In this document: positions 47,545-55,831 of the stretch, piece after piece | Position numbering within the stretch: position 1 is the stretch's first letter | Layout of the letters: each line of letters begins with the position of its first letter | Assembly (NCBI GenBank): GCA_039683515.1 | Contig: JBDKRG010000059.1 | Span: 38,615-102,614 of the forward strand | Direction of reading: 5' to 3' | DNA from: Candidatus Sumerlaeia bacterium | GTDB lineage: Bacteria; Sumerlaeota; Sumerlaeia; MVZB01 | Length of the DNA stretch: 64,000 bases | Program-made: the position numbers and the translations under genes | The notes under the pieces: generated by a model | The model's database searches: none | The model's input: only the letters and a program-made list of their open reading frames with translations | What the model was told of the DNA's origin: nothing

Positions 47545-47862
47545 ATGTTCGTCGTCAGCGTCAGCGTCCACGTCAAGCCCGAGAACGTCCAGGATTTCAT
47601 CGACTCCATCCTCGAGAACGCCCGCGGCACCCGCCAGGAACCGGGCAACCTGCGCTTCGACGTCCTGCAGGACAAGGAAGACGCGAGCCACTTCATGCTC
47701 TACGAGGTCTACCGCAGCGAGGACGACCTGCGCGCGCACCAGACGACTCCCCACTACCTCGGCTGGCGCGAAAAGGCCAACCCGTGGATGGCCCAGGCAC
47801 GCAAGGGCACCCGCTACACCCCGCTCTTCCCCGAGGGCGAATCGAAATGGGAATCGAAGTAA
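47545..47862 (+). CDS. antibiotic-biosynthesis-monooxygenase (ABM) family protein
   Basis: 105 aa with the ferredoxin-like ABM pattern (FVVSVSVHVKPENV…, FMLYEVYRSEDDLRAHQTTPHY). AGGAGGG ribosome-binding site. Confidence 0.7.
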   Translation: MFVVSVSVHVKPENVQDFIDSILENARGTRQEPGNLRFDVLQDKEDASHFMLYEVYRSEDDLRAHQTTPHYLGWREKANPWMAQARKGTRYTPLFPEGESKWESK

Positions 47863-47864
47863 GA

Positions 47865-48060
47865 AAATGCAGGCCACTAAAAGCACGCAAGACACGAAAA
47901 GAAACCATTTGTCGCAGAGACGCAGAGTTAGGCAGAGATGCGGAGAATTCTTGAAGACAGGAATGGGCAAAAGATAACCGGAGGAAACGCAGATGTTTTT
48001 ACAGATTAAGTCTCCGTTGCCTTAGTTTCCTCATGGTATCTGCTTTGAAGGTTTTTTGAT
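47865..48060 (+). repeat. dispersed CACGAAA-array repeat element, copy 3
   Basis: …cacgaaaagaaaccatttgtcgcagagacgcagagttaggcagagatgcggagaattcttgaagacaggaatgggcaaaagataaccggaggaaacgcag…tctccgttgccttagtttcctc. Collinear with copy 2. Confidence 0.7.
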
Positions 48061-48105
48061 TTTGGATTTGTTTAGGATTTCGATATTAGAAATTAGGATT
48101 TGCAA

Positions 48106-49335
48106 ATGCTTCACTTCAACTTGACCCTCCCCCGCCAGGTCGTCTTCGGGCCTGGGCGCCTGAATGAACTCGGCAAGCTCGCCGCCGCGATCGGCAAGCG
48201 CGCCGTTCTCGTCACCGGCCGCGAGTGGATCGAAAAAAGCGGCCGCCTCGCCAGGATCCAGGAGCAGTTCGCATTCCAGTCGGTCGAGTGCCGCCGCGTC
48301 GTCGCCTCGCCCGAGCCGACCGTCGAGCAGGTCACGCAGATCCGCGCCGGGCTCGAGGATTTCCCGGCCGACCTCGTCGTCGCGATCGGCGGCGGCAGCG
48401 TGATCGACGTCGGCAAGGTCCTGGCCGCGCTCATCGCCAACGGCGGCGAGCCGATGGACTACATCGAGGGGGTCGGTTACGGCAAGTCGCTCACGAAACC
48501 GGCGCTGCCGGTCATCGCCGTCCCGACGACCGCCGGCACCGGCGCCGAGGCGACCAAGAACTCGGTCCTCGGCGACGACGCCCACACGTTCAAGAAAAGC
48601 ATCCGCCACGACTCGATGATGCCCGCCGTCGCGCTGCTCGATCCCGAGCTCCTGGCGGACTGCCCGCCCGCCGTCGCCGCCGCGTGCGGGATGGATACCG
48701 TCGCGCAGCTCATCGAATCCTACGTCTCGCTCGGATCGAGCCCGCTGACCGACGTTCTCGCCCACGAAGGCCTCGCCTCGGCCGGCGCGCTCGTCACGTT
48801 CCTGCGCGACCGCTCCGACCCGCAGGCCTCCGGGGCGATGGCGATGGCCAGCATGCTGAGCGGCGTCTGCCTCGCCAACGCCGGCCTGGGTTCGGTCCAT
48901 GCCCTGGCGTCCGCGATCGGCGGGTTCTTCCCCGCGCCGCACGGCGCCGTCTGCGCGGCGCTCCTGCCGCCTGCCATCGAGCTCAACGCCCACTACGCCA
49001 ACGAGATGGGCAACACGGAGTTGCTCGAGAAATATTCGCTCGCGTGGCAGCTCCTGACCGGATGGGGGCCGTCGATGCAGGTCAGCGGCGACCCCCTCGG
49101 CAACGAAACCGTCTTCACCGGCATGATCGACAACACGTTCGACGCGTCGAAACGCCTCGTCATGTTCCTGGCCTCGCTCCGCGACGGACTGCGCATCCCG
49201 AAGCTCTCGCACTGGGGCGTGACGGCCGACGACTTCGACCGCATCATCGACAACGCCGGCCCCGGCAACCTCAAGAAGAACCCGATCGAGCTCGACCGCG
49301 ACAGCCTCGCATGGATCCTGGAGGCCGCGCTTTGA
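48106..49335 (+). CDS. iron-containing alcohol dehydrogenase family protein
   Basis: Fe-ADH motifs (…AIGGGSVIDVGK…, …PTTAGTGAEAT…, metal-binding His region). The track starts at TTG 48100; ATG 48106 chosen. Confidence 0.8.
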   Translation: MLHFNLTLPRQVVFGPGRLNELGKLAAAIGKRAVLVTGREWIEKSGRLARIQEQFAFQSVECRRVVASPEPTVEQVTQIRAGLEDFPADLVVAIGGGSVIDVGKVLAALIANGGEPMDYIEGVGYGKSLTKPALPVIAVPTTAGTGAEATKNSVLGDDAHTFKKSIRHDSMMPAVALLDPELLADCPPAVAAACGMDTVAQLIESYVSLGSSPLTDVLAHEGLASAGALVTFLRDRSDPQASGAMAMASMLSGVCLANAGLGSVHALASAIGGFFPAPHGAVCAALLPPAIELNAHYANEMGNTELLEKYSLAWQLLTGWGPSMQVSGDPLGNETVFTGMIDNTFDASKRLVMFLASLRDGLRIPKLSHWGVTADDFDRIIDNAGPGNLKKNPIELDRDSLAWILEAAL

Positions 49336-50921
49336 TCCGGCCGGTCCACTGGCTCTTGCTGGCGGTCATCGTTTTCGGCGCCGGCGCGATGCGCTTCGCC
49401 GACCTCGGCGGCCGGCCCGCCGGACTGTTCCGCGACGAGGCGGAAAAAGGCTACAACGGCTGGGCCCTGGCCACGACCGGCGGCGCCATCGAGTTCGACC
49501 CGAGCCTCAAAACCCAGATCCGCTGGCACCCCCTGCCGTGGATGATCGATGTCGTCGGCGTGCAAACGTCGGCCACGTACCAATACGCGTCGATCCCGTT
49601 CATGTGGGCCGGCGGGCTGACGGTCGCCACGGCGCGCATGGCCGCCGCGGCCGCGGGCACGCTCGCCGTCCTCGTCATCGGCCTCCTCTTGATGCACGCG
49701 TGGGGCCCGGGCGCGGGGCTGGCCGCGGCGCTGTGGACCGCCCTCTGCCCATGGCACCTTGTCTTCAGCCGGTGGGCGCTGCAGGGCGCGTTCACCCCGT
49801 TGTTCATGGCGCTTGTTCTGGCGGGGCTCTACGGCGTCGAACAAAGACGCCGCTGGGGCTGGCCGCTGGCGTGGGCGGCGATGGGCTGGCTGTTTTACAC
49901 CTATTCCGGCGCGCAGCCGCTCGTGCTGGCGTGGGGATTCTTCCTGCTCATCATCTATCGCCGCGAGCTCCTTCGCGGCGGCTGGCCGCTGGCCGTCGGC
50001 ATCGCGTTGTTCCTCATCCCCGTCATCCCGACGATCGTCGTCACGCTCCGGCCCGGCGGCTCGGCGCGCTGGTCGAACGTCTCGATCTTCAACCAGCCCG
50101 GCGCGACGTTCCTATCCGCCTCGCTTGTTTTCATTAAGAATTACCTCGCGCACTTCAACCCCGTCGCGCTCTTTTTCCACGGCGATCCGAACCCGCGCCA
50201 CTGCATCCCCGGCGCCGGCCAGCTCGCCCCGATCGATCTCGTTCTGCTTCCCATCGGCCTCGTCTGGACGATCCGCGCGAAAAAGCCGCTTGCGTGGGCG
50301 CTTCTGGCGGCGTGGCTGTGCGGGCCGCTCCCCGCCGCCCCGACTCTGGGCGGCATGCCGCACGCGCTGCGCGCGCTCGGGATGGCGCTGCCGTCGGCCG
50401 TGTGGGGCGGCGCGGGCCTGTGGCTCGCCACCCGGTACGTTCGCGAGCGCAACGCCAGGATGCATCTGGACAAGCTCCTGTGGGCCGCGGCGATCGCGGT
50501 CGGCCTGAGCCTGTTCGCGCTTTACTGGAAGACCTACGCGAACGACCCGCGCGCGCAGGTGGCGTTCGAAAAGGGCGAGCGCGACGCGTGGGTCCGGATC
50601 GCCCGCGATTACAAGCCCGGCCAGCGCGTCCTGGTCAGCATCCAAATCCCTTACGCGCAGTATTTCCAGCTGTTCTTTTTCAGGATGGACCCGCGCAAGG
50701 CCGCCGACCGCGGCCTCGGCGCCGACTTCTACTACTTCGACATCGCGCTCGACAAAAAAAATCAATTCATGAACCAGATGCGCCCCGGCGACTGGATGGT
50801 CACCCCCGTCGTCCCGTGGCGCGCCCTGAGCCCCTCGGGCGAACCGCTCCTTCCCAGGGAAGAATCCGAGATCATCTCCGAAAATTGGGTGATGGCCTGG
50901 CAGAAACCGTATACGCCATGA
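49311..50921 (+). CDS. GT39/GT83-like (ArnT/PMT-type) membrane glycosyltransferase
   Basis: Multi-pass membrane protein with FRDEAEKGYNGW… in the first periplasmic loop. Starts at ATG 49311 (overlapping the adh 3' end) or TTG 49332. The 898-aa track ORF contains an upstream Arg-rich artefact. Confidence 0.6.
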   Translation: MDPGGRALIRPVHWLLLAVIVFGAGAMRFADLGGRPAGLFRDEAEKGYNGWALATTGGAIEFDPSLKTQIRWHPLPWMIDVVGVQTSATYQYASIPFMWAGGLTVATARMAAAAAGTLAVLVIGLLLMHAWGPGAGLAAALWTALCPWHLVFSRWALQGAFTPLFMALVLAGLYGVEQRRRWGWPLAWAAMGWLFYTYSGAQPLVLAWGFFLLIIYRRELLRGGWPLAVGIALFLIPVIPTIVVTLRPGGSARWSNVSIFNQPGATFLSASLVFIKNYLAHFNPVALFFHGDPNPRHCIPGAGQLAPIDLVLLPIGLVWTIRAKKPLAWALLAAWLCGPLPAAPTLGGMPHALRALGMALPSAVWGGAGLWLATRYVRERNARMHLDKLLWAAAIAVGLSLFALYWKTYANDPRAQVAFEKGERDAWVRIARDYKPGQRVLVSIQIPYAQYFQLFFFRMDPRKAADRGLGADFYYFDIALDKKNQFMNQMRPGDWMVTPVVPWRALSPSGEPLLPREESEIISENWVMAWQKPYTP

Positions 50922-51406
50922 CGATTTCGATCCGCCCCGCCGACGCATCCGATCGAGAGCCGCTGGCCGAAATCATTCGCGCTTCGTTCGCCGACGTCGC
51001 CGAGATCTTCGGCATCACGCCCGAGAACTGCCCGTCCAATCCGGCGTTCGCGACCGCCGAGAGCATCGACCGCATGACGGCCAGGGGCTCGCTGTTTTAC
51101 ATCCTGGAAGAAGACGGAAAAGCGTGCGGCTGCGTCGCGCTGGAGCGCCCGAGCCCGGGCGTCGCCTGGCTCGAGCGCCTCGCCGTGCTCCCCGCCTGCC
51201 GCCGCCGCGGCCACGGCCGGATGCTCATCGAGCACGGCGTCGCGGAAGCCCGCCGCGCCGGCGCCGCCCGCGTCGAGCTGGCCCTCATCGCCCGCCACGA
51301 GCACCTGCGCCGCTGGTACGAACGCCTCGGCTTCACCGCGACCGAAACCAAATCCTTCCCCCACCTGCCGTTCGACGTCCTGTTCATGGCAAAAACCCTC
51401 GAATGA
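50918..51406 (+). CDS. GNAT-family N-acetyltransferase
   Basis: Acetyl-CoA binding motif …RRRGHGRMLIEHGVAEARRAGA…. ATGA overlap with the upstream gene. Confidence 0.75.
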   Translation: MTISIRPADASDREPLAEIIRASFADVAEIFGITPENCPSNPAFATAESIDRMTARGSLFYILEEDGKACGCVALERPSPGVAWLERLAVLPACRRRGHGRMLIEHGVAEARRAGAARVELALIARHEHLRRWYERLGFTATETKSFPHLPFDVLFMAKTLE

Positions 51407-51500
51407 GCTTGCATCCGCTTACGCCCGGCGGGAATATCCTGCTGCCGATCGAGTCGTCGCAAACGCATTTTATCTATTGGAATTCGGGGTAAGGCCTTCT

Positions 51501-52754
51501 ATGACCGATACTTCCACGTTATCCACATCCATGCCGGCGGGCGTATCCGCGCAGGCCGCGTCATCCTCCAAGCGCATCTGCTCGCTCGACATCATGCGCG
51601 GCTTCATGATCACGGCCATGGTGTTCGTCAACGACATGGCCGACCTCGTGCCGGTCCAGGGCGTCCCGCAGTTCCTGCGGCACATGCCCGGCGGCGTCGA
51701 CGGCTTCACGTTCGTCGACCTCATCATCCCGATCTTCATGTTCCTCCTGGGCGCGTCGATCCCGCTTGCGCTCGGCAAGCGCCTCGGGCGCGGCGACTCG
51801 ATCCCGGCCGTCATCGGCCACATCGCGCTGCGCGCCGCCGCGCTGATCGTCATGGGCCTCATGGACGTCAACCGCTGGGGTGGCATGGGCCGGGAGTTCG
51901 GCGTCATGTTCGACTGGCCGCTCGGCCTGTGGAAGTTCCTCGCGTGGAGCTTCATTTTCGTGATCTGGCTCGATTTCCCGAAGCAATCGCGCACGGCGAA
52001 AAACGTCCACACCGGGCTGCGCGTCGCGGCGATCGCCGGGCTCGTCTGGCTGGCCGTCGTGTTCCGGACCTCCAAGGGCGCCACGTTCACGACGTCGTGG
52101 TGGGGGACGCTCGGCCAGCTCGGCTGGTCGTACCTGATCGCCTCGCTGGCGTGGCTGGCGTTCAAGAAAAACAAGATCGGCATCCTCGTCGTTTTCGCGC
52201 TGATGCACGCGGCCTACCTGGCGATGTCGGCGGGGTGGTACACGGCGCCGGCGTGGATGAAGTGGGTCGGCCGCTCGACGATCACCACAAATTCGGCCAA
52301 CACCGTCGCGGGGCTCTGCGTCGGGATGCTGCTGGCCGACGCCTCGGCGTGGAAGGACAAGATCCGCTGGGCGCTGATCTTCGCGCTGGCCGCGGCGATC
52401 GGCGCCGTCATCGCGCATCCGGTCGGCGACATCGGCTACCACATGCCGTCTTCGTCGTGGTCGCTGAGCGCCACGGCGATCGCGCTCGTCGCCTGGGCCG
52501 GGCTTTACTGGCTGACCGACATCAAGGGGTTCCGGACGGGGCTCGATCCGCTGCGCACGGTCGGCCAGAACTCGCTCCTGCTGTTCCAGCTTTCGCGCTA
52601 CGGGATTTTATGTTACTGGCTGACGGGCCTGACGTTCTACGACGCGCTGGCCCGGCCGACGGCCGTCGGGATGGCGCGCTCGTTCGGCTACGCGATCCTG
52701 CTCGCGGCGATCACGTACATCGCAACGAAAAAGCGCGTGTTCCTGAAGGTCTGA
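51501..52754 (+). CDS. DUF5009/DUF1624 (HGSNAT-like acyltransferase) membrane protein
   Basis: …RICSLDIMRGFMITAMVFVN… (LDxxRG motif). About 10 TM segments. ATG 51501 preferred to the track TTG 51477. Confidence 0.6.
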   Translation: MTDTSTLSTSMPAGVSAQAASSSKRICSLDIMRGFMITAMVFVNDMADLVPVQGVPQFLRHMPGGVDGFTFVDLIIPIFMFLLGASIPLALGKRLGRGDSIPAVIGHIALRAAALIVMGLMDVNRWGGMGREFGVMFDWPLGLWKFLAWSFIFVIWLDFPKQSRTAKNVHTGLRVAAIAGLVWLAVVFRTSKGATFTTSWWGTLGQLGWSYLIASLAWLAFKKNKIGILVVFALMHAAYLAMSAGWYTAPAWMKWVGRSTITTNSANTVAGLCVGMLLADASAWKDKIRWALIFALAAAIGAVIAHPVGDIGYHMPSSSWSLSATAIALVAWAGLYWLTDIKGFRTGLDPLRTVGQNSLLLFQLSRYGILCYWLTGLTFYDALARPTAVGMARSFGYAILLAAITYIATKKRVFLKV

Positions 52755-52765
52755 GCCTTCGATTG

Positions 52766-53086
52766 TTACACGTAGACGAACCGCAGAATCTTGTCCAGCC
52801 GGGCCAGGTGCAGAATCGAGGCCACCTTTGAATGCTGGCCCAGGATCAGGCGCAGATTCCCGCTTTTGCTGAGCAGCACGGCGTTCATGGTGACCATCAT
52901 GCCGATGACAAAGCTGCTGACCGTCGGCATTTGCGTCAGATTGAGATCCCAGTAAACGACGCCTCGATTGGCCCGCTCGAGCACGATGCCCATCAGTTCT
53001 TCCTGGTCCTCCGGCGTAAAGCCGGTGGACAGCGTAATCTCCATGGTCTTGGTGTCTTCGACATGCCGATACGTGAAATTTCCCAT
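52766..53086 (-). CDS. STAS-domain (anti-sigma-factor antagonist-like) protein
   Basis: 106 aa with the SpoIIAA-like fold pattern (…LNLTQMPTVSSFVIGMMVTMN…). Confidence 0.7.
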   Translation of the reverse strand: MGNFTYRHVEDTKTMEITLSTGFTPEDQEELMGIVLERANRGVVYWDLNLTQMPTVSSFVIGMMVTMNAVLLSKSGNLRLILGQHSKVASILHLARLDKILRFVYV

Positions 53087-53132
53087 GCCTTCATGAACCC
53101 TTTTGAATCCTGGCGATCGTTTGCGCCTTGGT

Positions 53133-53969
53133 TTAATTGATCCCGATCCGCTGGCTCATCTGGTCGCGGATCTGGTGGAAAACGGCGTTGTATTTTGCCT
53201 CGCTGAGCCGCAGTTCCTTCACGTACGGGCGATCCAGCAGCGAAGCGCCGTCGCCCGGGCGCGCGCCGGCGGCAACGGTCCGGCAGAAATGGTTTGCCAG
53301 CGTCACGATGCACAGCAGTTGGCCGTGGTTGACGCAGGGCGGCAGTTCCTCCTCGAGGTCGTGGTGGAAGCGGGCCGCCTCCGCGACGCTGTCGTGCAGC
53401 TTCCATTTGCGGATGACGAGTCCCCCGACCATCATGTGATTGAAAAAATTGAAATTCTCCTCCTCGAGCCGGTGCAACGGCGTTCCGTCGGCGATCGACT
53501 GCTGGATCATCGGCCCGTAGACGCCGGGGTATTGCCGCAGGATGATCATTTTGCCGACGTCGTGCAGCAGGCCGGCGATGAACACCTCGTTTTGCTGGCT
53601 GAACGACAATTCGTTGGCGAGATAGCTGGAAGCCATCGCCGTGGCGATCGAATGGTCCCACAAGTATTGCACGGTGGGATCGGAGTCGTTGAAGAATTCG
53701 CCGGTGGCCGCGATCACGATCACATGGCGCAGGTTGCGCATCCCGAGCCGGAAAATCGCGTTGGCGATGCTGGTAACCCCCGCCCGCCCGCAGTAAAACG
53801 GCGAATTGGCGGCCCGCAATACCCGCGCCGCAAGGGACGGATCCCTGCAGATCAGGTCCTCGAGCATGTGATTGTTGGCGTCCGGGTCCTGCAGCATGTC
53901 GAGGGCTTCGGAGGCGACTGCGGAAATAAGCGGCAAATCCTGGTCATCAATCCTAATGTCATATTTCAT
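53133..53969 (-). CDS. HDOD-domain signalling protein
   Basis: …GLLHDVGKMIIL… HD-like motif and HDOD pattern. ATG 53969 (GGAGA 11 nt upstream) preferred to the track start 54032. The plus-strand ORF 53103..54077 is antisense to this gene and rejected. Confidence 0.65.
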   Translation of the reverse strand: MKYDIRIDDQDLPLISAVASEALDMLQDPDANNHMLEDLICRDPSLAARVLRAANSPFYCGRAGVTSIANAIFRLGMRNLRHVIVIAATGEFFNDSDPTVQYLWDHSIATAMASSYLANELSFSQQNEVFIAGLLHDVGKMIILRQYPGVYGPMIQQSIADGTPLHRLEEENFNFFNHMMVGGLVIRKWKLHDSVAEAARFHHDLEEELPPCVNHGQLLCIVTLANHFCRTVAAGARPGDGASLLDRPYVKELRLSEAKYNAVFHQIRDQMSQRIGIN

Positions 53970-54241
53970 AACACGGGTTCTCCACAAAACAATAGCGAGG
54001 GCGCATGGTCCCCGCCAAACAACAACCATCATGGTCGCAGTTTACGCCGCAAGTTCGTACTATCAAGAAAAACATGAGACAATATTATAATCCACGGCTC
54101 GGCCGGGCCGGCGCCATTCGGCCCGAACGCAATATTCGATTATTCCGCGCCGGCTTATTGGAATTTAATGATGTAATATTATTGGCATTTCATTTGATTT
54201 ATTTCTATTTGATTCACATGTGGTTTATTTATCCGTCCGGA

Positions 54242-55573
54242 TCAGGTTCGCGGCCATGGCCCCGTCGCCTGCTCCTCGACGCCGATCCGCGTTCCCCGCG
54301 TCTCGGGAAGCACCCACACCCACAGCCCCGTGAAGATCGCGAACGCCGCGGCCAGCGAAATCCCGCCGCCCAGGCCGTAGCGGGCGGCCACCATGGTGAT
54401 GATCCACGGCGTGAAGAACTGGACGCCGCGCGCCAGGTTGAAGACCGTGCCCATCACCGTGTTGCGCATCTGCGTCGGGAACAGCTCCGCGAAGATCGGC
54501 CCGTAGCCGGAGAAATTCCCCGTCCCCACGCCCACCATGAACATGAACGCCAGCGTCAGCAGCGGCCAGACGGCAATCGTCGTCCAGAACCACGTGATCG
54601 CCAGCAGCCCCACGGCCCACACGGCCGAAAAGACGCTGTAAGCCGTCCGGCGCCCCTTCCAGTCGGCGACGAACCCGAACGACAGGTAGCCGAGGAACCC
54701 GCCCGCCTGCGTCGCCAGCAGCCACAACCCCGACTTCGTCATTGAAAACCCGAGCCGCTCGTAGAGGTACGCGGGCAGCCACGTGTAGGTGAACCAGTAG
54801 GCCGACATGTCGGTCAGCGACAGCACCATGCCGAGGTGGAAATAATGGCGCAGCTTCGGGATATGATACATGTCGATGAGCGGCCGCGGCGGCCTGGCGG
54901 GCGGGCCGAGCCGGCGCTGGCGCTCGCGCTCCTGCCAGACGTCCGACTCCGGCATGCTGCGGCGGATGACGCAGACCATCAGCGCCGGCAGCACGGAGAC
55001 GAAGAAACAGGAGCGCCACCCCCACTCCGGGCCGAAGTGGCGCGCCATGAACGGCTCGAAGAATCCGCCGACGATGGCGGCCAGCGCGACCCCCAGCGGC
55101 GCGCCGGTCTGCATGACCGCCGCGAACCGGGCGCGCATCCGCGCCGGGAAGGTTTCGCCGACGAGCGTCTGGCCGGTCGCCCACTCCCCGCCGACGCCCA
55201 GGCCGGTGACGATCCGGAAGACCAGCAGCCAGACGACGCCATGCGCGAACCCGCACAGGAGCGCGCCCACCGAATAGACGAGGATCGTCCACGAGAGGAC
55301 GGTCTTGCGCCCGAAGCGGTCCGAGAGCCAGCCGAAGGCGATCCCGCCGACGGCCGTCGCGGCGAGCGACGAGCCCAGCACCAGCGACAGCGCGTTGTTG
55401 CTCAGCCCGAGCGTCTGCTTGATCGGGATCAGCAGGAACGAAAACAGCATCAGGTCATAGAAGTCGAACATCCACCCCGCCCAGGACATCCCCAGGATCA
55501 CGTAATGGGCGCGGATGGGACGCTCGCACTCGTTCAGCAGATGCGCCGGACGCCGCTCCGCTTCGGGCTCCAT
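54242..55573 (-). CDS. MFS transporter
   Basis: 12 TM segments. MFS signature G…DRFGRK between TM2 and TM3. Confidence 0.85.
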   Translation of the reverse strand: MEPEAERRPAHLLNECERPIRAHYVILGMSWAGWMFDFYDLMLFSFLLIPIKQTLGLSNNALSLVLGSSLAATAVGGIAFGWLSDRFGRKTVLSWTILVYSVGALLCGFAHGVVWLLVFRIVTGLGVGGEWATGQTLVGETFPARMRARFAAVMQTGAPLGVALAAIVGGFFEPFMARHFGPEWGWRSCFFVSVLPALMVCVIRRSMPESDVWQERERQRRLGPPARPPRPLIDMYHIPKLRHYFHLGMVLSLTDMSAYWFTYTWLPAYLYERLGFSMTKSGLWLLATQAGGFLGYLSFGFVADWKGRRTAYSVFSAVWAVGLLAITWFWTTIAVWPLLTLAFMFMVGVGTGNFSGYGPIFAELFPTQMRNTVMGTVFNLARGVQFFTPWIITMVAARYGLGGGISLAAAFAIFTGLWVWVLPETRGTRIGVEEQATGPWPRT

Positions 55574-55831
55574 GGTTGGCCTCGTAAGATCGAAATTTCA
55601 CATCGTGCTTAAAATTATCGGCCATTCACCGCCGGTTGTAAATCAGTTTGCGCGGTGACGCGCCCGTGCATGCGGAGAGGCCGTCGGTGAGCGAGTTTGC
55701 TTTGACGCCACGGACCGGAAACGGTTCGGAAATGATACCGCAGGTGTTTTTAATTCGGTAATTCCTCGCTTACGCCGGGCTGCTGCATTAAAATCCGCAA
55801 CCCGGAGAAGTTCCGCTGAAGGTGGTTGAAT

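Noticed and set aside
48225-50921. 898-aa ORF read as one gene
   Set aside because: Its first ~360 codons overlap the Fe-ADH gene in another frame with an Arg-rich translation. The real GT39-like gene begins near 49311/49332.
53103-54077. 324-aa plus ORF
   Set aside because: Antisense to the HDOD gene, which has clear HD-like motifs.
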